Source: Candidatus Bathyarchaeia archaeon
GTDB taxonomy: Archaea > Thermoproteota > Bathyarchaeia > Bathyarchaeales > Bathycorpusculaceae
Assembly: GCA_050010515.1 (NCBI GenBank)
Contig: JBEKKX010000036.1
Span: 1-25,940 of the forward strand
DNA length: 25,940 nt
Direction: 5' to 3'
A program made the translations under genes and the position numbers. Below are positions 8,423 to 17,921 of the stretch, piece after piece (position 1 is the first letter of the stretch; each line of letters starts with the position of its first letter). The notes below the pieces were generated by a model, which was not told where the DNA came from, did not search any database, and saw only the letters and a program-made list of their open reading frames with translations.

Positions 8423-10279
8423 TTATGCCTCTTTTCCTTCTATTATGTTGGATAAGTCTTCCATTCCCAGTTTGTCTAGTTGAGACTTTGTAGGTATGCC
8501 GTCTGCTGTCCAACCGCGTGATTGGTAATAATCATCCAGCAACAAGTCAAGTTCATCTTGGGTTATCATGGCGCCTTTTGCTGGTCCATCGTCAGGGATT
8601 GGCTTGTTCATAACTTTCCATGGCAACGTGTCATCTTTGCGGCTTAATCCTTCTCTGATGTTAATTAGCCGTGCAAGGGTGTTTATTCTTTGACCGGCAA
8701 GGCTGAGTTCTTCAGGCGTCATCTCGTAGCCGGTTACTAAAGTGTAGAGCTTTGCCATATCAGCTAGTTCCTTATAGAAGGTACCTTTGGCATTCTTGCA
8801 GACAATAAGTGAATCAAGCAACGCGTAAACATCCTCTGAATCTTTGACAAGTTTACCGCGACCCTTTTCAGCCTTCAAACGATCAACTTTACCCGTCAAA
8901 TCAAACGTGTAAGCGCCGCTTCGGTTATGGTCTGCTCCTCGGAACGAGACGGCAAAGCCTAAAGCGGCAGTTTTGAGGCATCGTAAATCATAGCCTGTGA
9001 CTTCCAAGCCCTTAATGTTTTGAGCAAGCTTATCGGAGCCTTTGCCGATTTTTTCTGCAGCTATTTTTACACCGTCAGCGAGAACATCGCCGATTCCTTC
9101 CCGTTTGCCTATCTTCTCTATGAGTTGCAGGAGCGCTTCTGCGTTACCAAAGTGAGCGTCAATTCCACCAAGATCCTCATGGGAGAGGATGCCCGTTTCA
9201 TGGCAGTCCATTACGAAACTTACGGTTACACCTGTGCTTTGCGCGTCAAGGCCATAGTAGTTGCAGAGTTCAGCGGCTTTTATTATTGCATCAAGTCTAT
9301 CGATACCGCAGTTTGGTCCAAGCGCCCACAAATTATCATATTCCATCCTTGCCATAGTTCCCTTGTATGGTCCTTCACGAACTACAGCTTCATGTTCGCA
9401 CCGCATTGCGCACGAGTTGCAAGCAATTATTTTTGCGATGAACCGTTCATTTAGGGCTTCACCGCTTACTTTTTCAGCGTTCTCAAAATGAGCATTATTA
9501 TAGTTGCGTGTGGGCATGCAGAACAAAGCGTTTTGAATCATGACGTTTTCTGCTGACCCTAAAGTTCGGTATTTCTGAGCTGCAGGCCCCTTCATTCTTT
9601 CATGAAATTCTTTCACCATTTCAATGAATTCGTCAGGCTTGGCGACAACAATGTCGCGGGTTCCGCGAACAGCAATTGCTTTGAGGTTCTTGGAGCCCAT
9701 AACTGCGCCTAATCCTGTTCTTCCAGCAGCACGAGTTTTCTCGTTAATTATGCTGGCTATTTTTGATAGTTTTTCACCAGCTAAACCTATGGATGCTACG
9801 CGTACGTAGTAATCGCCAATTTCATCTTTAATTGCGTCTTCGGTTTCAGATGGTGATTTGCCCCAGATTTGTTCAGCATCAAGTAATTGGACGGAATCAT
9901 CATCGATCCATAAGTAAACAGGTCTTTCAGCTTTCCCAGTTAAAATAACCGCGTCATATCCAGCTCTTTTTATTTCTGTGCCAAAAGTGCCGTGGCTTAC
10001 TGCTTCCCCGACACCGTTGGTGGCTGGAGACTTTGATATGAATGCATGCCCGTTTCCGCCTGTTGGAAACATTGTTCCTGAAACTGGACCGACTGCTAAA
10101 ACTAGTGGATTGTCAGGGTTGAATGCGTCAACGCCTGCTTTTGAATTGGCTAGCCATAGTTTCATGCCTAAACCTATGCCGCCAATGTATTTTTTGGCAG
10201 TTTCCGCGTCTAGTTTTTCAAAGCGAGTTTTGCCTGTGGTTAAGTCAACGCGTAAAACTCTTCCTGCGTAACCGAGCAA
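8423..10279 (-). CDS. aor: Aldehyde:ferredoxin oxidoreductase (tungsten-dependent AOR family)
   Basis: GYAGRVLRVDLT start, KSPATNG, AAGRTGLGAVMGSKNLKAI, CNSCAMRC Fe-S ligands, YGLD, YYQSRGW. Confidence 0.95.
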   Translation of the reverse strand: MLGYAGRVLRVDLTTGKTRFEKLDAETAKKYIGGIGLGMKLWLANSKAGVDAFNPDNPLVLAVGPVSGTMFPTGGNGHAFISKSPATNGVGEAVSHGTFGTEIKRAGYDAVILTGKAERPVYLWIDDDSVQLLDAEQIWGKSPSETEDAIKDEIGDYYVRVASIGLAGEKLSKIASIINEKTRAAGRTGLGAVMGSKNLKAIAVRGTRDIVVAKPDEFIEMVKEFHERMKGPAAQKYRTLGSAENVMIQNALFCMPTRNYNNAHFENAEKVSGEALNERFIAKIIACNSCAMRCEHEAVVREGPYKGTMARMEYDNLWALGPNCGIDRLDAIIKAAELCNYYGLDAQSTGVTVSFVMDCHETGILSHEDLGGIDAHFGNAEALLQLIEKIGKREGIGDVLADGVKIAAEKIGKGSDKLAQNIKGLEVTGYDLRCLKTAALGFAVSFRGADHNRSGAYTFDLTGKVDRLKAEKGRGKLVKDSEDVYALLDSLIVCKNAKGTFYKELADMAKLYTLVTGYEMTPEELSLAGQRINTLARLINIREGLSRKDDTLPWKVMNKPIPDDGPAKGAMITQDELDLLLDDYYQSRGWTADGIPTKSQLDKLGMEDLSNIIEGKEA

Positions 10280-10503
10280 ACCTTGTTCCTCCGTTATTTT
10301 TAGAGTTATTAGTCAGTTGAAAAGTATATTAACTTAATGGGTTTCTAATTTGGAAATTCACGGCTAAAATGGAGTCTTCTGCCGCCCGTTATGTACAAAC
10401 AGTCATAACGGTTTTCTTGGCATTGCAGGTTAAAGCTGCATTTGAATAGAGAAAAAAGATATCAGATGCTTCTGTTAATCTCATACTAAGGCTCGAAGGC
10501 AAG

Positions 10504-10800
10504 GTGGAAAAAATGAAAATAAAAGTCCACTACATCAGTCTAGTTAAAAGCTTTACAAAAACAAGCCAAGACGAATTCGACCTAAAAGAAGCTGCCCCGC
10601 TATCGGAAGTGCTCTACCAAGTCGCCGAGAAATATGGAAAACCGTTCACTCAAGAAGTTTATGACCCAGAGCACCAAGAGATGAAATCAACCTTTGTTGC
10701 AATGGTTAACGGCGTCTTAATGGATCAATTACAAGGTATTAACACGCAACTAAAAGACGGCGACAGCATAATCATCATGTCGCTTATGACAGGCGGATAA
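10504..10800 (+). CDS. MoaD/ThiS/SAMP ubiquitin-like sulfur carrier
   Basis: Beta-grasp size, MVNG...LKDGD...MTGG with a C-terminal di-glycine; divergent from aor; alternative ATG at 10513. Confidence 0.9.
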   Translation: MEKMKIKVHYISLVKSFTKTSQDEFDLKEAAPLSEVLYQVAEKYGKPFTQEVYDPEHQEMKSTFVAMVNGVLMDQLQGINTQLKDGDSIIIMSLMTGG

Positions 10801-10804
10801 AAAA

Positions 10805-11434
10805 CTGGCTAAAGATGAAAAACCCAGAGCCGTCTACTGGCTAGATAACAAGCTGTACCTAAACATAACCAATCAGTGCTCAAACTGCTGCTTTTTCTGC
10901 CTCAAACGCTACAGACGCGGGGTCGGCGGCTTCAACCTTAAACTATCTGAGGAACCGAGCATTGCCCAAATCACAGGTGAGCTTGGCGAGGTTTTGAACA
11001 TGAGAAGATGGGATGAATTGGTCTTCTGCGGCTTTGGCGAGCCAACGGAGAGGTTGGATGTTTTGTTGGAGGTTGCGCAGTGGGCAAGGCAGCATTATAG
11101 CAGACCACTGAGAATCCGGGTTAACACAAATGGGCATGGTTACGTGGTTAATCCAGGCAAAGATGTGGCGGCAGAGTTGAAGGCTGCTGGCGTTGATAAA
11201 GTAAGCGTCAGCTTAAATGCTGGGGACAGGGAAACCTACAGGGAGATTTGCAGGCCAACTTTCGCTGATGCCTACGAAGCAGTGATTGATTTCATACGAA
11301 AAGTCAAGCCTAAGCTCGAAGTTGAGGTTACGGCGGTAAGAATGCCAGAAGTAGACATAGCGAAAGCTGAGGCTGTTGCTGATGGTTTGGGTGTTAAGTT
11401 TAGGGTTAGAGAGTATATTCCATGTTTCTACTGA
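10805..11434 (+). CDS. TatD-associated radical SAM protein
   Basis: The ORF-track frame extends upstream of 10994 to CTG 10805: LAKDEKPRAVYWLDNKLYLNITNQCSNCCFFCLKR (CxxxCxxC), then ELVFCGFGEPT, RVNTNGHG, SVSLNA. Confidence 0.88.
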   Translation: MAKDEKPRAVYWLDNKLYLNITNQCSNCCFFCLKRYRRGVGGFNLKLSEEPSIAQITGELGEVLNMRRWDELVFCGFGEPTERLDVLLEVAQWARQHYSRPLRIRVNTNGHGYVVNPGKDVAAELKAAGVDKVSVSLNAGDRETYREICRPTFADAYEAVIDFIRKVKPKLEVEVTAVRMPEVDIAKAEAVADGLGVKFRVREYIPCFY

Positions 11435-11611
11435 CAGATTGACGCCATGGGCGAGTCTGGGCTTAAATGTTTAATTTATGCAATCGCAGAAACTTAACTT
11501 CAAAAGACTTGGTAGCGGTGGGAAAAAGCGTTTTTGTAAGAGTGATAAGGGTAAAACATATATTATTTGCTAACGAAATATTTCTTAGTTGTGCTGAAAG
11601 AGGAATAAACA

Positions 11612-12598
11612 ATGGTTTCTCTTAGATCAATAGCCCCATCATTAACAAGAATAACAGTCGCAGCAGCAATAGGCGCTGCTTTGCATGTTGGTCAAGGCGA
11701 CTGTGACCTAATAGATGCAAAAGCCATTGAATATTCAAGAGCAGTCCTTGCCCAAACAGATGTAGAAGGCGAAGTAATCTGCTGCGAAGGACCCAAAGAC
11801 CACGCGCCATCATTTGAACACCGCGAAAAAGTCGGAACAGGCGGAGGACCCAAAGTCGAGTTCATTATTGATCCAGTTGACGGAACCACAGCCGCCAGCA
11901 AAGGCAGAAAAGACGCCATATCTGCATTGGCATGTGCACCAGCAGGACGCTTCCAAGTTTTGCCCGATGACGGCTACTACTTTAAAATTGCCACAGACTA
12001 CCATTCAATAGGCAAAATATCCCTGGACATGCCCATTGAAGAAATCGTGCACAAAGTAGCCCATGAAAAAAAACTCCTCCTACCTAACTTCACCGTCATC
12101 ATGCTGGAGCGCGACCGCCACAACGAAATCCTCGCCCAACTCAGAAAACTCGGAGTACGAATTTTACTTATCCCAGACGGAGACATCGCAGCGGCAGTAG
12201 TCAGCTGCCAACCGAACAGCGGCGTCGACTTGCTGATTGGCGCTGGCGCAGGACCTGAAGCCACCATAGCCGCAACAGCAGTAAAGATTCTCGGCGGAAC
12301 CATGCTCGCCAACGTTTGGCGGGACAAAAAAGACGATGCAAAACGCTTAGAACGTTTAAAGAAAACTGGAGTTGACGTGGACAAAACTTACAACCAAGAT
12401 GAACTTGCCAAAGGCAAAGAACTAGTGTTTGCAGCTTCAGGCGTCACTAAAGGCGAACTCTTAGATGGCGTAAGAATAATTCCTGATGGCGCAGTTGTCT
12501 ATTCAATTTGCATGCGGTTGCCAAGCGGAACCCAAGAGAAATCTGAAACTACATTGCGGTTCAAGGATCACCCGGTTTACCAGCAGTTCCAGCCATAA
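11612..12598 (+). CDS. glpX: Fructose-1,6-bisphosphatase class II (GlpX family)
   Basis: IIDPVDGTT, LERDRH, LIPDGDIAAAV, GAGAGPEATIAA, FAASGVTKGELLDGV motifs. Confidence 0.88.
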   Translation: MVSLRSIAPSLTRITVAAAIGAALHVGQGDCDLIDAKAIEYSRAVLAQTDVEGEVICCEGPKDHAPSFEHREKVGTGGGPKVEFIIDPVDGTTAASKGRKDAISALACAPAGRFQVLPDDGYYFKIATDYHSIGKISLDMPIEEIVHKVAHEKKLLLPNFTVIMLERDRHNEILAQLRKLGVRILLIPDGDIAAAVVSCQPNSGVDLLIGAGAGPEATIAATAVKILGGTMLANVWRDKKDDAKRLERLKKTGVDVDKTYNQDELAKGKELVFAASGVTKGELLDGVRIIPDGAVVYSICMRLPSGTQEKSETTLRFKDHPVYQQFQP

Positions 12599-12636
12599 TC
12601 CTTCTTTTCTTTCTTTTTTTAGTAGAAGGCATATTG

Positions 12637-13059
12637 TTACAGTGTCATGAACATTGCTCGTACTTGTTGGATCCCGTGCATGCCTCTTAGTCGGTTAATT
12701 AAGTTAAGTATTCTATCGTTGTTTCCTTCAGTTACGAATATTTCTACGCAGTATTTTCCATTGATGTGTCTGTGAACGTTTTCGATGACTACGTCATCAA
12801 ACTCATGCCGCAACTCTGTTATCTTCAAGTCAACATCCTTACGTGCATAATCACATGTTGTCATAATAGTGGCAGCCACGTTTCCTGAAGAAAATTTCGC
12901 AATTTCAGCTTCTGAGATGAGGTTTCTTACAGCGTCTCGGAAAGCTTCTGATCTGCTGAAGTATCCTCTTGACTTCATAAATTCATCAAACTGGTTGAGA
13001 AGATCCAACGGTAACGTTATACTTATCACTGTCAAGGTTGATTCTCCTGCTATTAACAT
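12637..13059 (-). CDS. nikR: Nickel-responsive regulator NikR family (RHH + ACT)
   Basis: VISITLP..LL..FD...RGYFSRSEAFRDAVR ribbon-helix-helix; Ni ligands H..HRH.....C retained (RHEF...VHRHINGKYC). The true start may be TTG 13035. Confidence 0.88.
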   Translation of the reverse strand: MLIAGESTLTVISITLPLDLLNQFDEFMKSRGYFSRSEAFRDAVRNLISEAEIAKFSSGNVAATIMTTCDYARKDVDLKITELRHEFDDVVIENVHRHINGKYCVEIFVTEGNNDRILNLINRLRGMHGIQQVRAMFMTL

Positions 13060-13071
13060 TCAAGAGAATAG

Positions 13072-13089
13072 TTAATATCTGGATATTAA
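13072..13089. promoter_or_regulatory. Palindrome in the nikR/ATPase divergent promoter (candidate operator)
   Basis: TTAATATC-TG-GATATTAA, a perfect 8-2-8 inverted repeat. Confidence 0.4.
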
Positions 13090-13151
13090 TTTTTCCCATC
13101 ATATTAGCACTATCTTAATATTTTCTCAGCCTTTTTCTTTAAAAGATAACA

Positions 13152-15116
13152 ATGACTACTGAAGAAGAGAAAATCTGCCTAGAAAAGCCAAGGCAGAAAC
13201 AAGCAGAGGAACATGAAAATAAACATGTAATGATTTTCTTCGCCATTCTACTAGGCTTAACTGTTCTTATTGGCGGTTTACTTGACTTTTTCTTCGCAGG
13301 GGTCCCCCTTCACTTTACTATACCACTTATAAACGTTCGAGCAACCTTAAGCACGATTTTGTACTATGCATCTGTTCTGTTTGCTTCCGCATACATTGGT
13401 ATAATGGGTTTTAGGGAGCTGTTTGTTGAAAAAAGATTTTCTGTTGAATTTTTGATGGCTGCCGCAGCGCTAGGCGCCTTGTACCTAAATGCGCGGTTTG
13501 AAGCGGCAACGGTGCTGTTTCTTTATTCTATCGCTCAGTACTTTGAGGGCTACATTGAGGACAGAGCGCGCCGAACAGTTGAGAAATTATCAAAGTTCAT
13601 GCCGGACCAAGCTAGAATCGTAGCTGATGGAACGGAAAAAACTGTTAATGTCAACGAAGTCGAGCCTAACATGACTTTGCTTGTGAGACCCGGCGAGCGG
13701 ATACCTTTAGACGGCAATGTTGTTGACGGTTTCTCACATGTTGACCAAGCCATAGTGACTGGTGAATCCGTGCCTGTCGCCAAGAGAGTGAACGATTGTG
13801 TTTATGCTGGCACATTAAACATGAGTGGCGTTCTAAAGATAGCTGTTACAAAAAAGGCCAGTGAAACTCTTGTATCAAGGATTATGGTGCTTGTGGCTCA
13901 ATCGGGCAAACGAAAGGCATCCATGGAAAAGCTTGTTGACCGATTTGCAAAAATTTATGTTCCAATAGTTATCGTGTTAGCTGTTTTAACCGCTGCTTTG
14001 CCCACGTTGGTCGCTGGCATGTCTTTTCACGTGTGGCTATATCGTTCGCTTATTCTTCTTGTGGTTTCTTGCCCAAGCGCCTTTATCATTTCGGTTCCTG
14101 CAACAGTCCTTGTAGCGATAACAGTTGCGGCTAGAAGAGGAGTAATAATCAAAGGCGGAATCTACGTTGAAAAACTCGCCAAAGTAAAACGAGTGGTTTT
14201 TGACAAAACAGGCACATTAACATTGGGCAGACCAGCCGTTCATGAAGTACGGCTTGTGGAAAGAACTGAACAAGAAGCATTGGCTTTGGCTGCGTCACTT
14301 GACCAGTTTTCAAATCATCCCGTCGCTCAAGCCATTGTTAGACGCGCCACGGAAAGAGGCATTGACCTAAGCAAGTTCAAGGTAACCGACGTGGCTGAGG
14401 TTCCTGGAAAAGGCATCGTGGGGAAAGTTGACGGAAATTTTGTGGCGGTTGGCAACTTGGAGTTGATGAAAGATTTCGGTTGCAATTGTAAGGAAGCCTT
14501 TGAAATCACTGAAAATGACACCCATACTACAGTTTGTGTTTCCCTAGGTAAAGAAGGGTTGGCTACAGTTTGCGTTGTTGACCAAGTTAGGGAAGATGCT
14601 CTCAAAGCAGTGAATGATTTGAAGAAAAATGGCATAAAAACCGCCATGCTAACTGGCGACAGAACAGAGATTGCTAAGGAAACTGGGGATATCTTAAAGA
14701 TTGATGAGGTTTACGCGGAACTGTTTCCTGAGGATAAACTGAAATGCATTGAAGAGATGAAGGGTAAAGACGGGCTAGTAGCAATGGTCGGCGACGGTGT
14801 GAATGATGCTCCAGCGCTTGCCGCTTCAGACGTGGGCATTGCTATGGGTGCAGCGGGGGTTGATGTTGCTTTGGAATCTGCGGATGTGGTGTTGGCAAAA
14901 GATGAGCTTGCGCAAATTCCATACCTAATTAAGCTCAGTAACAAAACGATGAATATTGCAAAACAGAACATCACTGCATCACTTATCATAAAATTAATTT
15001 TAGGAGCACTAGGAGTACTCGGCGTGACAGGCTTGCTGGCAACCGTGATTGCCGGCGACGACGGACTTACAATGCTTCTTTTGCTAAATTCTCTACGTCT
15101 TGAAAGAATAAAATAG
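13152..15116 (+). CDS. Heavy-metal translocating P1B-type ATPase
   Basis: TGES, SCPSA intramembrane motif, FDKTGTLT, SNHP, MLTGD, GDGVNDAPAL; Lys in the penultimate helix and DG in the last (P1B-2-like); no N-terminal HMA domain. Confidence 0.95.
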   Translation: MTTEEEKICLEKPRQKQAEEHENKHVMIFFAILLGLTVLIGGLLDFFFAGVPLHFTIPLINVRATLSTILYYASVLFASAYIGIMGFRELFVEKRFSVEFLMAAAALGALYLNARFEAATVLFLYSIAQYFEGYIEDRARRTVEKLSKFMPDQARIVADGTEKTVNVNEVEPNMTLLVRPGERIPLDGNVVDGFSHVDQAIVTGESVPVAKRVNDCVYAGTLNMSGVLKIAVTKKASETLVSRIMVLVAQSGKRKASMEKLVDRFAKIYVPIVIVLAVLTAALPTLVAGMSFHVWLYRSLILLVVSCPSAFIISVPATVLVAITVAARRGVIIKGGIYVEKLAKVKRVVFDKTGTLTLGRPAVHEVRLVERTEQEALALAASLDQFSNHPVAQAIVRRATERGIDLSKFKVTDVAEVPGKGIVGKVDGNFVAVGNLELMKDFGCNCKEAFEITENDTHTTVCVSLGKEGLATVCVVDQVREDALKAVNDLKKNGIKTAMLTGDRTEIAKETGDILKIDEVYAELFPEDKLKCIEEMKGKDGLVAMVGDGVNDAPALAASDVGIAMGAAGVDVALESADVVLAKDELAQIPYLIKLSNKTMNIAKQNITASLIIKLILGALGVLGVTGLLATVIAGDDGLTMLLLLNSLRLERIK

Positions 15117-15336
15117 GGTTGCTGAAACGTAGTAAGCGACTTCTCAAGCAGACTTTAGCGGAGATTGAAGTGGGTAAAGCCTTATGCTTTGCCTATCTTG
15201 CTTGTTTTTCAGGGTCCTTTTAATTTTGAGCTGTCGCTAATTTAGCCCTTTACACTTGTTTTTTACGAAGTTGACTGAGGACTTTCTTGTTATTCAATGA
15301 AAAATTAATTAAGGGAAAAAAGTAGTCAGATGAGTC

Positions 15337-15840
15337 ATGCCTAAGACTTATCCGAAGACTCAGCGTAAAAAGACCAAGCGTAAGAAGCCTCAGCCTAAGA
15401 CTCAATCGAAGCCAGTAAGCATAACAACGCGAAAATCTTATTGGATAACGCTGACGTTATTTACAGTTGTTTTTGCTTCTGTTTTCGGATATTACGTGAA
15501 CATGTCTTTAGAAAGAATAGTAATGATGCTTGTTACTGTTCTGTTACTGATAGGCTTTGCAGTCTATATAAGATTTAAACCTTCCACTGCAACGGCCGAC
15601 AAAAGAGCAATATTCATTTTTGTTGGAGCATCCGTCATTGGTTTCTGTATTTGGGCTATAATAGTGCTTTCCTTAAACGCAACTGAGCTTCACACGCAAA
15701 TAGCAAGTGCAATAGGTGATAGTTTCTTTGCCATAACAAGCCTAATGATTTGCCTAATTTTAGGAGCATTTATAGGTGACTGGATAGGCGAGAAGAGAGA
15801 ACGCATAAGTATTTTTCTTAAAAATAAATTGAGCAAATAG
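15337..15840 (+). CDS. Hypothetical membrane protein (about 4 TM helices, Lys-rich N-terminus)
   Basis: 167-aa ORF with four hydrophobic segments. Confidence 0.7.
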   Translation: MPKTYPKTQRKKTKRKKPQPKTQSKPVSITTRKSYWITLTLFTVVFASVFGYYVNMSLERIVMMLVTVLLLIGFAVYIRFKPSTATADKRAIFIFVGASVIGFCIWAIIVLSLNATELHTQIASAIGDSFFAITSLMICLILGAFIGDWIGEKRERISIFLKNKLSK

Positions 15841-16029
15841 ATTTAAGTTCTTTTGACTAAAATCTCGTCTAAAGGACGCATGCAAGCTCAATCGATCTTG
15901 TCCTCTGATTATTGGTTGGCGGAAGAGACAGGATAAGCCGTAATTTTCCATTTTCGGTGCTTTGTCACAGAAACTTTAAGAGCTTAATCATTAAGCATTT
16001 TCTAAAGACCGACCAAGGATAGACCTGTA

Positions 16030-16908
16030 TTGAAATTTGGAATAATGACGCGGAACATGGAAGCATGGAGCAGCACGCAAGTACGGGAAGCCTTAACTAA
16101 ACGGGGCATTCCATACGAATGCTTCATTTTTCCTAAACTTGTTGCAAGGCTCGCATACAAACCCTATTTTAAAGTTAACGGCACCAGCATCCTAGACGAT
16201 TTAGATGCGCTTATTATTCGTCCGATTGGTCGGGGTTCGCTTGAGGAGCTGGTTTTCCGAATGGATATGCTCTACAAGCTTGAACGCCAAGGCTTCTACA
16301 TGGTTAACCCGCCAACAGCGATTGAGCATTGCGTTGACAAGTATGATATTTTGGCTATCCTTGAGGATGTGGGTGTTCCTGTACCACGCACATTAGCCAC
16401 TGAAAGCGTAAACGAAGCGCTAAAAGCTTTTTCGGAACTAGGCGGAGACATTGTGGTTAAACCAGTTTTCGGCTCCCGAGGACAAGGCGCAACACGCATA
16501 GTTGACGCAGACATCGCTGACACAATTTTCAAAGCAATAACCTTCCATCACGGCGTAATTTACATGCAAGAATTCGTACCTCACGGATACTCAGACATAC
16601 GTGCATTTGTAATCGGCGACCGAGTAGTCGCATCTATGCGTCGCGTAGCTAAAGGATGGAAAACCAACTACAGTCAAGGAGCCAAACCAGCACCAGCAAA
16701 AATCAGCAAAGAATTCGAAGAATTAGCAGTTAAATCTGCTAAAGCCGTAGGCTGCAAAATCGCAGGAGTAGACATCCTAGAAGGACCCGAAGGACCACGC
16801 ATCGTTGACGTAAATAGTCAGCCGGGATGGAAAGGTCTGCAGGTAGTGGCAGAGGTCAACATTGCCGAAGAAATAGTAAGTTTTGTGCTATCTGAATTGA
16901 AAAAGTAA
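16030..16908 (+). CDS. RimK/MptN/CofF family ATP-grasp alpha-L-glutamate ligase
   Basis: DKY...GVPVPRT, VVKPVFGSRGQG, YMQEFV, DIRAFVIG, WKTNYSQGA, GVDIL, DVNSQPGW. Confidence 0.9.
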   Translation: MKFGIMTRNMEAWSSTQVREALTKRGIPYECFIFPKLVARLAYKPYFKVNGTSILDDLDALIIRPIGRGSLEELVFRMDMLYKLERQGFYMVNPPTAIEHCVDKYDILAILEDVGVPVPRTLATESVNEALKAFSELGGDIVVKPVFGSRGQGATRIVDADIADTIFKAITFHHGVIYMQEFVPHGYSDIRAFVIGDRVVASMRRVAKGWKTNYSQGAKPAPAKISKEFEELAVKSAKAVGCKIAGVDILEGPEGPRIVDVNSQPGWKGLQVVAEVNIAEEIVSFVLSELKK

Positions 16909-16909
16909 A

Positions 16910-17908
16910 CTATTTTCTAGAAAGAATTGAAGCGTAAGGGTCGTCGGCAACTTGTGGAAAAAGCGTTTCTTTTCCCGTTTTGATTAAAACACGTTCTTTA
17001 CTTTCCGTGAATTGTCCCAAAAAGCATGCGGAAAGCCCGTTCTTTCTTAATGTTGCTTTTACTTTTTCTTGTGCTTGAGGATCTACAGCAGCCAAAATCG
17101 TGCCCGTTGAAGACACAGCCAATACTTGTTCATCAATTAGCTTAAAGTAATCCTGCAAAACCAGCATTTCCTTGCAGACGAGTATTTTTTCCCAATCGAC
17201 CCTAAAGCCTACTTTTGATGCTTCTGCCAACTCGTTTAGCGCTGCTAAGAGTCCTCCTTCTGTAGCATCGTGCATGGCATGGACACCGCTTATTTCAGCC
17301 AGTTGCAATGCTTCCTTTACGCAGCTTTGCATGTGAACCTGCTTGGAAAGCTTTTCTTGTTGCGCTGCTCCGAAGAGTTTTTGCGCTAAGGCTTTTTGCG
17401 TTAGCGAGAAATTGGTGATTGTTTCTAAACCAAGCGGCTTAGTACATAATATTAGGTCTCCCGGCTTAGCGTTTCCCGGCGTAATCAGCTTTTCAGGTTG
17501 AACCGACCCGTAAACCGTTGCGACGCCAAGCAAATCTGAAAGACTATCATACATACCTGTGTGTCCTCGAACGATGGCCATGTTCAATTCGTCTGCTGCC
17601 GTGCATGTTTGCTTCATTATTTTTTGGAAAGTGGCTGGTTTAGTTGATAGTGGCCCCAAGAGGTTAATGGTGCAGAATTCTGGTTTAGCTCCGGAAAGTG
17701 CCACATCTGAAGCAGCATAATTGATTAGTAGCCAGCCGAACCATTCTTCTGGGACACCAGTGCATGGGTCACTAGCAACTACTACGTATTTGCCGTCTAA
17801 GATGTGGACGCCTGAATCGTAGCCAATCGTGGGCGGAATGATGACTCGTGAATCCTTCTTTATGCAGCTTAACAGTGTTTTCAGTTCCTTATTGGACAGC
17901 TTTCCCAT
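16910..17908 (-). CDS. AIR synthase (PurM/ThiL/HypE) family protein
   Basis: GYDSGV, ASDP, AASDVALSGAKP, RGHTG, AKPGDLI, AMHDATEGGL. Confidence 0.88.
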   Translation of the reverse strand: MGKLSNKELKTLLSCIKKDSRVIIPPTIGYDSGVHILDGKYVVVASDPCTGVPEEWFGWLLINYAASDVALSGAKPEFCTINLLGPLSTKPATFQKIMKQTCTAADELNMAIVRGHTGMYDSLSDLLGVATVYGSVQPEKLITPGNAKPGDLILCTKPLGLETITNFSLTQKALAQKLFGAAQQEKLSKQVHMQSCVKEALQLAEISGVHAMHDATEGGLLAALNELAEASKVGFRVDWEKILVCKEMLVLQDYFKLIDEQVLAVSSTGTILAAVDPQAQEKVKATLRKNGLSACFLGQFTESKERVLIKTGKETLFPQVADDPYASILSRK

Positions 17909-17921
17909 GTTTCTTTGAACC

